A stretch of DNA of 64,000 bases from the NCBI GenBank assembly GCA_963716395.1, contig OY970309.1, positions 128,001 through 192,000 of the forward strand, read 5' to 3'. The stretch is from an uncultured Fibrobacteria bacterium (lineage in GTDB: Bacteria > Fibrobacterota > Fibrobacteria > UBA11236). The notes beneath the pieces were generated by a model. It was not told where the DNA came from. It did no database searches and saw only the letters and a program-made list of their open reading frames with translations. Below, in pieces: positions 1 through 8,544 of this stretch. How positions within the stretch are numbered: position 1 is the first letter of the stretch; every line of letters starts with the position of its first letter. The position numbers and the translations under genes are program-made.

Positions 1-1
1 G

Positions 2-340
2 TTTTTTCGTGATTAAAGTATCGCGTCCCGGCCAAATATTGACGCGCTCGTGCACCAATTCCTCGCCGTTCAGCAGCAAGGTCAACGTGAAGCGCCCGCT
101 TTGGAAAGTCGTATCGACGGGTGTGAGCCCGAGTTCGACGCCGTCCATATAGGCCGCGGCTTTTTCCGGGGTGGTTTCGATGCGGATATGGCCTTCGCCG
201 CCGCGCGGCGGCACGACCACGTTGTCTTCGGCGCTGGATGGGGGCGACGACGAAGTCGAGTCTTGCGCCTGCAACGCCGGAGCGCACAGCAGGAGAAGAG
301 CTACCATCGCGCTCCACGAACCTATCGGTCGATTGTTCAT
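2..340 (-). CDS. PEGA domain-containing exported protein (runs off the left edge)
   Basis: Not in the ORF track; translated by hand from ATG 340 with upstream GAAGGAG: MNNRPIGSWSAMVALLLLCAPALQAQ (signal peptide) ...GHIRIETTPEKAAAYMDGVELGLTPVDTTFQSGRFTLTL, a typical PEGA pattern. Confidence 0.8.
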   Translation of the reverse strand, partial: MNNRPIGSWSAMVALLLLCAPALQAQDSTSSSPPSSAEDNVVVPPRGGEGHIRIETTPEKAAAYMDGVELGLTPVDTTFQSGRFTLTLLLNGEELVHERVNIWPGRDTLITKK

Positions 341-486
341 AGCCACTTTCTCCTTCGCTGGGTAACCGCAGGTGCGGTCGCTACGGGCGCGATTTCGCCC
401 CGCAAGGCTAATATACAACCAACCCCCGCCGCGCGATGTCGACCGGCGCCTCCCTGGGCAAAAGTTTTGGGATTCGACGTTCCACG

Positions 487-2418
487 TCAAAATGCCTGGG
501 CCAGATCCAGAATCCAGCGGTAGGAATCGGGACCCGAATGCCGCGGATCACGGGCGTAATCCACGCGGATGTTGAAGAGGGACAGGAAGAGATAGCGCAG
601 GCCCACTCCCACGGCGCGGCCGGTTCCCGCCGCCGTCAGATTTTTGCCGATCTCCCACACGTTGCCGTAATCGCAGAAGGGCACGATTTGCAACCCCAGC
701 AGGGATCGGAGTTTGCCGTCGGGGGAAATCCAGGAGGGTTGAAACGGCTGAAAGCGCAATTCGGCCGAACCCAGAATGTAGGCCGGCTCGACGCCTTCGA
801 TGGCGCAGGCGCCGGTGGAATCCACTTCGGGACAAACCTCCCGCCAATCCTTGCTGCGCACGCTCCGCGGTCCGCCCAGGAAAAAGCGTTCGGAATTGAT
901 GCCGCCGGCCCCGAAAAAACGCCCGCCGTCGAACCGCAATGCCAGCACCAAAAATTGGCTCGCCGGTAGAAACAACGCGCTCTGGGACTCAAACCAATTG
1001 TGCCGGCTTTCAAAGGCGCTGATGTCGCCGCCTTGAAATACGGGGCCGCCATTACCCCAAGTCAGCGCCAGGCGCGCGCCGCGCGTTGGGTTCACGATGT
1101 TGTCGAGTTTCTCCAAATACACCGAGTTCAGGTAATTCAAATTGAAACCGCGCACCCGTTGGGTGGAATCCTGCAATTGGCTGCTGCCCAAGAGTTCGGC
1201 GCCGGTCACAAACCGGAGCCAAGAGAGCAATTGGCGCGACAGATTGCTTTCATTCGACACATCGAAGTCACCCTGGAACCAGGGCAAATTCTGAATCGGC
1301 AATTGATCCTGATACCAATCCATGCTGAAGTCATTGTCGAAACGCACCAACGATCCGAACAAAAGGGGCGAGGCGTATCCCAAGGTGAAAGACTGTTTGC
1401 GCTGGGCGATGATCACTCCGACATTCCCTTCGTGCAGCAGTCCCCCCATATTGGCGTGCGACCAGTCCACTTCGACGCCAAAGCCGTACAGGTTTTCCCA
1501 GAAACCCGAATAACTGAGATCACCCGGCACCTTTTCCTCGGCGTTCAGGATCAAGGCGCTGCGGCCGCCGGCGCCGGGCAGCAGGCTGTCGCGGACGCGC
1601 ACGAAATTGAAGACGCGGGTCGATTTCAGCTTGCGCTCGAAGGTGTTCATGTCATTTAAGGGCAGCGTATCTCCGCGGTGGAACCGGAACAGGCTGCGCA
1701 GGAGCCTGGTATTGCTGAGTCCGGGAAGACCCGAGCTGTCGCCTTCGCGCGTCACGCGCAGGATCAGGGTATCGAACACCAAGGCTTGGCCCGGCTGCAC
1801 TTGAAACGAAACCGCCACCTGCCGTCCTGTGGTGTCGTAATACAGCGACTCGGCCGCCGTGGCCTTGAGAAAGCCTTCATTGCCGTAGAACTGCAGGAGA
1901 TCGCGTTGATCGCGAAAGAGATCATCTTTTTCAAAAGGTTTGCCGGGGCGGCAGCGCAGCCGATCCAACCGGTAGGCGGGAAAATTGCCCGCGGGCAAAT
2001 GAATATCCACGGAACCGAAACGAAAACGCTCACCCTCGTTTAACGTCACGGCCACTCGCAGAATCGGTTTGTTCAGCGAGTCCTCCGGAGGGACATGCAC
2101 CCCGACCCGAATATTGAAATAGCCCTGATCGCGGTAAGCATCGGCCACCGCCGCGGCTCCATCCTGGGCCCAATCGTTCCAATCGTCGAAATGCCAGTCC
2201 GGCCTTTGATCGGGCAGCGCCAGCAAGGCTTCGATGTGATGCGCGCTGAAAGCGTGTTGTCCGTGTACGGTGATCTCAACCTTAGGCGCAGCGGCAAGCC
2301 CGACCGCGCCGATCAGGCAGAGGAGCATGCCCCGCCGCCAACCGGGGGCGGCTCCCTTCCAGAACGGCGCAAACCGGGACCGGATGCGGGCATCCGGATG
2401 CAAGCGGCCGCCTGTCAC
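487..2418 (-). CDS. Omp85-family (TamA/BamA-like) outer membrane protein with POTRA domains
   Basis: POTRA-like segments (YRDQGYF, YGNEGFLKA), ERFFLGGPRSVR loop motif, GVGLRY, terminal LDLAQAF. GTG 2418 overlaps the upstream stop (GTGA); ATG 2328 is an alternative start. Confidence 0.85.
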   Translation of the reverse strand: MTGGRLHPDARIRSRFAPFWKGAAPGWRRGMLLCLIGAVGLAAAPKVEITVHGQHAFSAHHIEALLALPDQRPDWHFDDWNDWAQDGAAAVADAYRDQGYFNIRVGVHVPPEDSLNKPILRVAVTLNEGERFRFGSVDIHLPAGNFPAYRLDRLRCRPGKPFEKDDLFRDQRDLLQFYGNEGFLKATAAESLYYDTTGRQVAVSFQVQPGQALVFDTLILRVTREGDSSGLPGLSNTRLLRSLFRFHRGDTLPLNDMNTFERKLKSTRVFNFVRVRDSLLPGAGGRSALILNAEEKVPGDLSYSGFWENLYGFGVEVDWSHANMGGLLHEGNVGVIIAQRKQSFTLGYASPLLFGSLVRFDNDFSMDWYQDQLPIQNLPWFQGDFDVSNESNLSRQLLSWLRFVTGAELLGSSQLQDSTQRVRGFNLNYLNSVYLEKLDNIVNPTRGARLALTWGNGGPVFQGGDISAFESRHNWFESQSALFLPASQFLVLALRFDGGRFFGAGGINSERFFLGGPRSVRSKDWREVCPEVDSTGACAIEGVEPAYILGSAELRFQPFQPSWISPDGKLRSLLGLQIVPFCDYGNVWEIGKNLTAAGTGRAVGVGLRYLFLSLFNIRVDYARDPRHSGPDSYRWILDLAQAF

Positions 2419-5400
2419 CACAGATTCCAGAAACGGTAGTGGTAGCGAACCTCGACTTCGTCGGTGACCCGGCGTTCGATATCGAGATTGCGTTTTTCCA
2501 ATTCGGTTTCCACGCCGGATTCGATCGAAAGACGATTGGCAAAACGCTTCTGCCAGGTCGTGTCCGAAATCAATCTTTCCAAGGGCGGCCGGTACTTGAT
2601 GGCCAGGCGGTATTCCCAGGGGTCGGGCAGGTTTTTTTCCGGGAAGTATCCGGCCTTGGCCTGCAGACTGACGCGGTATTTTTCCTTGCTCTGCACTTCC
2701 AGCGCCACCGATTCCAGATTGGAGGTGTCGGTGCTGGCCAACGATCCCAACCCGGTCACCTGGGTGGATTGCAGGAACCCGCCGGTCCAACGCGACCCGA
2801 CGCGGGAAAGCGGCGCATTGATTTGGGGCTCCAACATGTTGAGCACGGTTTCGCCGTAATTCCCCTGGCCGCCTTGCAGTTCGGCCGAGTAGCACCCCTG
2901 GGTCATCGAATTCATCAGCACCGTCGGCGTTACCGGCTCGCCGATGTTTTGGCCGCAATCGCTGTCATAGCTGAAATTCATGGCGTCGAGGGTGCCGTCG
3001 AGCTTGATGGAGATGTTGCACTGCTGCGTGGTTCCGGGTTTGCAGTCGGCCAATAGTTTCTTTTCCCCTTCCACGTAAATCGTGCCCTGTTCCAGGGTGG
3101 CGTTCTCCCACTTGATTTCGCAATCGCGCACGCTATAGGCTTGGCCGGGCTGGCCGATTTCGCCGTTGAGTCCGGTGATTTTTCCGCGGAACAGGGTGTA
3201 AGGGTACACGCCTTTCACGGCCAAATCTCCAACGAATGCGACGCGCAGCACATCGGTATCGATGCGGTTTTTTGTGCCCACGGCGTCGAAGGCCAAATCC
3301 AGATTCCACGGCTTGGATTTGCGCGCCGAAACCGTGCCGGATCCCTTCTTGCGTTTAAACGAGCGGAAAAAAGATCGCAGGTCATCGAATCCCAATTTAT
3401 GGTGAAAGAGAAACTCGCGTAATTGGGCGCGCGCCACCACCTTGGGCAATTCCTGGGAATCGCCGGGCGGCAAAGTGCAATCCACCTTCACTTCGCCGAT
3501 TTGTCCTTCCAAATTCGTGGCTGAAGTCGAGGCGTCGAACCCCACGGTTTGCGCCGTGGCCGAAAGCGTGGCCGGGACCGCCGGCGACCAGTGGAGTTCC
3601 CCCTTCAAATCATGCGCTTGCAAACGCAGGCCCGAAGGCAGATGCAGCGAAAGCTCCGGCCCTTGAAACGCGAGGTGCGCTGAAAACGGCGCCAGGTCCG
3701 CCTCGGCCTGCACATTTAAGTCGCCGCCTTGCGAATGCCTGATTTTCACATCCGGCAGGCGTACCACCCCCTGCGCGCAGGTCACTGATCCCGACAGCCA
3801 TTGTGTGTCCGCAGCGGCGGTATAGCGCAGTTGGAAGCGCCGCGACTGGAAGCGCAGGGCGGTGCGTGCGTCGGCCGCAAAGGGGACCTGCAGGTCCCCT
3901 TTGAGATCCACATCGTCGATCGTTCCAGCCGCTCCGCCCAAGGGCAGGGCACCGGTCACGGACACCTCGCCCTGCAGCGATTTCCATTGCGGCAAATCGC
4001 CGCTCCAGCGCAAATGCAAAGGTCCGGTCCAAAGGTGGAGATGGCCGCGTGGATCGCGCGTCTGCAACCCCGCCAGGCCGATGTCGGCTGTATCATTCAT
4101 CAAGTCGTGGCGTCCCGAGGCCGTGCGCGCCCACAGATGCAGCGAATCGCCGCGGCCTGATAAGAGAAGTTCCGGAATCTCGAAAAGTCCGTGCAAGGAG
4201 GGAATGCGGAGGTCGCGCCCACGCAATTCGCCCTGCAAACCTCCGGCGGCAGTATAAGCCATTCGCCCGTCCAGCACGCCTGCAATCGGCGCGCCGGAAT
4301 CGCGCCGCAGCAGTTCGGGAATTTCTTCCAGTTGCACCTGCTCGGCGTGCAGGTGCCACGCGCGCAGGGAGGTGGCGCGCACCCGCGCCAGCCCGGCCAG
4401 CGAAGCCGAATCCAGATCGACGACCGCGCCTCCCTGCAACTCCGAACCGGCCGAGGCGATCTCCACGCTGTCGATTTCGAGTTCAGCGCGGTTCCACGCG
4501 GCCAGCACATGCCCCCGCACTTCGCGGCGGCCGCCGTTTCCCTTGATATCCAGAGTTGCGGCCCCGACGCCGGTGGCCGTGTTCCAGGCAAAGCGGCCGT
4601 TCACGACCGGATGATAATCTTCGAAGCGCCGCAGCGGCCGGTAGGGAAATCGCGCGGCCTGAGCATCCTCGGCGTCGGCCACCAAGGAGTCGGCCTTGGG
4701 CATGGCGAAACGCACGCGGCCGAAGCGGGGATTCATCAAGGTGAATTCCAGTCGCGACCGGGTCGTGTCGGATCGCTTTCCCCATACCACCTGTCCCGCC
4801 CCGTGGAACGTTTCGCCGCGATCGAACAGGCGGGCGTCGCGCAGATAATACCCCGTCGCATTGACCTCCTGGTCGCACCAAACGCTGTCCAGCACGGCGC
4901 CATAGGCGCGCACCGATCGGAATCGGGCCGTGGCCCGCAGGTGATGCCCGTCCCACTCTCCTTGCAATTGGGCGCCGGCATAGGCGACGTTGGTATCGGT
5001 CCAAATGCGGGCCCAGGTTTCGCGGGGAGAAAGCGTGGCGCTCCACGGCACGCGCCGGGGTTCGTCGCCGCTCCAGCGGGCGGAAATGTGCGAACTGTCT
5101 CCGGTGGCGATTTCCGCCTCGACCCGGCGACCCGGACTCAGGCGCAACGCGAGCAACCGGGCTTCGATGGGAAGGCGATGGGCTCCAATTTTCCAATGCA
5201 CCCCATGCACTTTTCCGGAAAAGCGCGCACTCAATTTGTTCCAGTCCGGGGGCGCGGGCCAAGCCGCTGGATGAGCCCAGGCGCCGTCGAGACGAAAATT
5301 TTGATGCGGCCCCCGTCCGCCCGCCATCAAGTCCCCACCCTCGCGGCCTTCTTGGAAATGCACATCCCAGGCGCAGGGTTCCAGCAGCCCGTAGGCGGCT

Positions 5401-6218
5401 GTGCGCGCGTGGCCCTCCAGGCTCAGGCGCCAGGCTTTCCAGTCCATCACGGCGCGGATTGAAATCGGGCCGAAGCGCGGCAGTCTGGCGGCTGTTTTCG
5501 GAGGCAGCCAAAAGCGGACATCGGCGATCGCGGCGTTCAAAGAATCGCGGCCCCGCGCCAAATCAGCCTTGTCCCGTTGTCCGAAAAACCTGACCGTATC
5601 GGCGTCGCGCATCAACCCGATGCGGTACCGCACATTGCCCCCCCGCCAGCGCGCGTCCAAAGCTACGTCGACCGTGTCGCCAGCCCCGCCCTGCAGCGCC
5701 GCCCAGCGGGCCCGAAAGGCGCCCGTCCATCCGACCAAACCGCGGTTGCGCATGGCCGCCTGCTCGATGCCGAAGCTTTGCCCGTCGGGCAGCACCACAT
5801 GCAAGACGCGCCATTGCACGGCGATGGGAAACAAAAATCGAATCAAGGGAAATTTCGCCGGTCCCGGATGGGGGGAGCGGCGGGTCGGGAACAGACGCAC
5901 AGCGGCGGAATCCAATTGCACTTGAAGGCGCGGACGATAGGTCCAACCGTGGCTCCAGTCAAAAGACCGCAGGGATGGAGCGCGCAAGACAATGCGCGCT
6001 TCCGGGGAAACGAGGACGGCCGAATCGGCCGCGAAGGAAAGCCACGGTGAAACGTCGGCGCCGTAAACCCGCACCTTCCAGGCGCCGAAGGTGCGCTCGG
6101 ATTGCAGGTAATGCTGGGCGGCTTTAGCGGCCGCAAACAAAACCAGGGGAACGCCCAGAAACACCAGAGCGAACACTACCACCCAAAAAGTGCGGAAAAC
6201 CCGCTGAAGAAAGGCCAT
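2415..6218 (-). CDS. TamB/AsmA-like translocation and assembly module protein
   Basis: About 1270 aa with one N-terminal TM helix, a long beta-rich body and a DUF490-like C-terminal region; coupled to the Omp85 gene. Start ATG 6218 or TTG 6236. Confidence 0.7.
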   Translation of the reverse strand: MAFLQRVFRTFWVVVFALVFLGVPLVLFAAAKAAQHYLQSERTFGAWKVRVYGADVSPWLSFAADSAVLVSPEARIVLRAPSLRSFDWSHGWTYRPRLQVQLDSAAVRLFPTRRSPHPGPAKFPLIRFLFPIAVQWRVLHVVLPDGQSFGIEQAAMRNRGLVGWTGAFRARWAALQGGAGDTVDVALDARWRGGNVRYRIGLMRDADTVRFFGQRDKADLARGRDSLNAAIADVRFWLPPKTAARLPRFGPISIRAVMDWKAWRLSLEGHARTAAYGLLEPCAWDVHFQEGREGGDLMAGGRGPHQNFRLDGAWAHPAAWPAPPDWNKLSARFSGKVHGVHWKIGAHRLPIEARLLALRLSPGRRVEAEIATGDSSHISARWSGDEPRRVPWSATLSPRETWARIWTDTNVAYAGAQLQGEWDGHHLRATARFRSVRAYGAVLDSVWCDQEVNATGYYLRDARLFDRGETFHGAGQVVWGKRSDTTRSRLEFTLMNPRFGRVRFAMPKADSLVADAEDAQAARFPYRPLRRFEDYHPVVNGRFAWNTATGVGAATLDIKGNGGRREVRGHVLAAWNRAELEIDSVEIASAGSELQGGAVVDLDSASLAGLARVRATSLRAWHLHAEQVQLEEIPELLRRDSGAPIAGVLDGRMAYTAAGGLQGELRGRDLRIPSLHGLFEIPELLLSGRGDSLHLWARTASGRHDLMNDTADIGLAGLQTRDPRGHLHLWTGPLHLRWSGDLPQWKSLQGEVSVTGALPLGGAAGTIDDVDLKGDLQVPFAADARTALRFQSRRFQLRYTAAADTQWLSGSVTCAQGVVRLPDVKIRHSQGGDLNVQAEADLAPFSAHLAFQGPELSLHLPSGLRLQAHDLKGELHWSPAVPATLSATAQTVGFDASTSATNLEGQIGEVKVDCTLPPGDSQELPKVVARAQLREFLFHHKLGFDDLRSFFRSFKRKKGSGTVSARKSKPWNLDLAFDAVGTKNRIDTDVLRVAFVGDLAVKGVYPYTLFRGKITGLNGEIGQPGQAYSVRDCEIKWENATLEQGTIYVEGEKKLLADCKPGTTQQCNISIKLDGTLDAMNFSYDSDCGQNIGEPVTPTVLMNSMTQGCYSAELQGGQGNYGETVLNMLEPQINAPLSRVGSRWTGGFLQSTQVTGLGSLASTDTSNLESVALEVQSKEKYRVSLQAKAGYFPEKNLPDPWEYRLAIKYRPPLERLISDTTWQKRFANRLSIESGVETELEKRNLDIERRVTDEVEVRYHYRFWNLW

Positions 6219-6347
6219 CGCCGCCGTAGCCGGCAAGGGGAGCGGGTCACGCAGCCCTGCCCGCCGAACAACCCCAAGTTACTAATAACCTTCTCGCCAT
6301 TCGGGAGCCAGCTGGGTGTATAATGGAAAAATTGGAGACGTGACTCG

Positions 6348-6743
6348 ATGAGACCTTCTTTGCGCCTGGCCGTGGCCTTGAAATACGAACACCATGAGGA
6401 TGTGGCTCCGCTGGTGTTGGCGGCCGGCCGCAACGAAGCGGCCGAAGCCTTGGTGGAGCGGGCCCGCGATCTCGACATTCCCGTGCAGACCGACGCACCG
6501 CTGGCCCAGGCTCTGGATCTGGTTCCGGTGGGCGCCTTCGTGCCCGAGGAACTTTATCCCGTGGTGGCGCAGGTGCTGGCCCTGGTCTACACGATGGATC
6601 GCCAGGTGGGCAAACGGGAGAGCGAACTCACGGAGTCGACCGCATCCGGCCGGTCGGCCGAACCGGTTCGGCCGACCGGCCGGGTCGGGGGGAATTTTCC
6701 CTCGTCAAACGATGGATCAGAAGCGTCGGGATTAATTTTATAA
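6348..6743 (+). CDS. Stand-alone FlhB C-terminal-like protein (EscU/YscU/HrcU family, YlqH-like)
   Basis: LAVALKY...APLVLAAG...LVERARDLDIPV...LAQAL...VPEELYPVVAQVLALVY; no TM domain and no NPTH motif. Confidence 0.85.
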   Translation: MRPSLRLAVALKYEHHEDVAPLVLAAGRNEAAEALVERARDLDIPVQTDAPLAQALDLVPVGAFVPEELYPVVAQVLALVYTMDRQVGKRESELTESTASGRSAEPVRPTGRVGGNFPSSNDGSEASGLIL

Positions 6744-6751
6744 GCAGGCAA

Positions 6752-7261
6752 ATGGGGAGCGAGAAGGGAGTCACCGTGGAGGCAATGGAATCCGAAGGAA
6801 CCTATAGCGTGGATTGCGCCAGCGATCTTGACTACGTGCCTCCGCTGCGGCATTTCGTGGCCGATCTCGCCCGGCTGGAAGGCTTTCCCAAAAAATTCTG
6901 TTTCCGCACCGAAATCCTGGTGGACGAACTGGTGACCAATGCCATTCAGCACGGCTGCCAGGAGCCGCAAAGCGAAATCCAGGTGCGCGTTTCCTTTGCC
7001 AGCGACCGCATGGATTTGTCGGTGCAGGACGCCGGCGGAAAACCGGAAAACCTGGAGGGCCTGCGCACCGCAGTGTACACCCCGAGGCCGCAGCAGCAGG
7101 AGACCAAAGGCCGGGGGCTGGTCATCGTGCAGATGTTGAGCGACGAACTCAACCTCAACCTGACCGATACGGGTCATACCCAGGTGCGCGTCACCAAGCT
7201 GCGCGAAGACCAGGACGACCTGCCGGGAGAACGTCAGGTGCTGTTCGAGGGCCAGCCATGA
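6752..7261 (+). CDS. RsbW/SpoIIAB-like anti-sigma factor Ser kinase (HATPase_c_2)
   Basis: N-box ELVTNAIQHG, G1-like QDAGG, G2 KGRGLVIV. Confidence 0.85.
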   Translation: MGSEKGVTVEAMESEGTYSVDCASDLDYVPPLRHFVADLARLEGFPKKFCFRTEILVDELVTNAIQHGCQEPQSEIQVRVSFASDRMDLSVQDAGGKPENLEGLRTAVYTPRPQQQETKGRGLVIVQMLSDELNLNLTDTGHTQVRVTKLREDQDDLPGERQVLFEGQP

Positions 7262-8037
7262 AAATCACCCAAGCGCTCAATCCGCATGACACGCGGGTGG
7301 TGAACCTGCATTTCGCAGGCGATCTCAACGCCGCCGATTGCGAGGCCGTTACCCAGGTCTTCCAGGGATTGCTCGACGGCGGCAAGTATTTCATCGCGGC
7401 CATCATGGGGGAGGTCACCTTCATCTCCTCGCCGTTTCTGGGCGCGCTCATGGGGTGCAAACTGCGGTTGGCCGAACGCGGGGGCAATCTGGTCCTGGTC
7501 GGCCTGAATTTTCCTTTGCGGGAAAAATTGGCCATGATGGGCGCCGACAAGATTTTCCGGTTTTACCCGGATGCGGCAGCGGCTTTCCAGCATTTCAATT
7601 GGGAATACTCCGACGCCACGCAATCGGTGCGCACCGTCATTCCGCCCAAACTGCAATCCATCCCCGCGGTGCGCCGGTTTTTCTCCGGCATTGCGCGCCA
7701 GAAGGGATACAGTGCCCGCGACGCTTTTCGCATCGAAACCTTGGTGGACGAAGTGGCCAACAACGCCATCGAGCACGGTGAAGCGGGTCAGACGAATATC
7801 TATCTTGAAGTGCGTATCAGCCGCCGCAAAATGGAGTTGCTCGTTCGCAACAAAACCCGGATGGACAAGGTGGGGCAATTGAAGGAAATCATCGAAGCCA
7901 ATCGCGCCGTGCTCAATGGCTCCACGGTGCGGGGTCGCGGTCTGGCCCTGGTGAAATTGATCAGCCATTCCATCGACGTCTCCATCGACAAGGCCGGAAC
8001 TTGCGTGAGCGTCACCAAACTGCGGGAGGATGCCTGA
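7258..8037 (+). CDS. STAS plus RsbW-like HATPase fusion protein
   Basis: N-terminal STAS (GDLNAA...VTFISSPFLGAL) and C-terminal EVANNAIEHG...RGRGLALV; ATGA overlap with the upstream gene. Confidence 0.85.
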   Translation: MKITQALNPHDTRVVNLHFAGDLNAADCEAVTQVFQGLLDGGKYFIAAIMGEVTFISSPFLGALMGCKLRLAERGGNLVLVGLNFPLREKLAMMGADKIFRFYPDAAAAFQHFNWEYSDATQSVRTVIPPKLQSIPAVRRFFSGIARQKGYSARDAFRIETLVDEVANNAIEHGEAGQTNIYLEVRISRRKMELLVRNKTRMDKVGQLKEIIEANRAVLNGSTVRGRGLALVKLISHSIDVSIDKAGTCVSVTKLREDA

Positions 8038-8396
8038 TGGACACACAAATCGAATTGCAGATTTCGGATTTGCCGGAGGTACCCCAAGGTAAGGTCGTGA
8101 AATTCGTGGGCGATCTCGACGCCACCAATGTGGAAGCAACCCTGGATCAAGTGACCAAGCTGATCCGCGACGGATACGTGAATATCGTCGCCGACTTTCA
8201 GAACCTGCGCTACGTGAACAGCACCGGGTTGGGTATCCTGCTGCACTTCACCAAAACCACCAAAGAGCACAACGGCTGTTTCAAGATTGCCAGCGTAAAC
8301 GAAAACGTCTACGAAATCATCGAAATCATCGGCGCCAACACCTTGCTGGACATCTATGAAAGCGTAGAGGCGGCGCAGGCTTCATTCAAACGCTGA
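8037..8396 (+). CDS. RsbV/SpoIIAA-like anti-sigma factor antagonist (STAS)
   Basis: GDLDATN...LRYVNSTGLGILL with the phosphoacceptor Ser; TGATG overlap places the start at 8037. Confidence 0.88.
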   Translation: MDTQIELQISDLPEVPQGKVVKFVGDLDATNVEATLDQVTKLIRDGYVNIVADFQNLRYVNSTGLGILLHFTKTTKEHNGCFKIASVNENVYEIIEIIGANTLLDIYESVEAAQASFKR

Positions 8397-8544
8397 CCCG
8401 CGGCCTTGGCCGCCCCCTCGCTCCGCCGCCCTTCCCTTCGGCTTGAATCTTTCGCGGCGGAATGACTTTTGCAGCGCGTTCTATTAATTTACTGAACCTT
8501 CGGTGCCAATGCCGCCCTTGCGGGCAATACGAGAGGAAGACTTT

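Noticed and set aside
2419-2958. Long N-terminal extension of the 823 aa Omp85 ORF
   Set aside because: It overlaps the TamB-like CDS in another frame; the GTGA coupling and signal peptide place the start at 2418 or 2328.
6348-6743. Flagellar or type III secretion locus
   Set aside because: Only the short FlhB-C-like domain is present; no other export or flagellar genes in the window.
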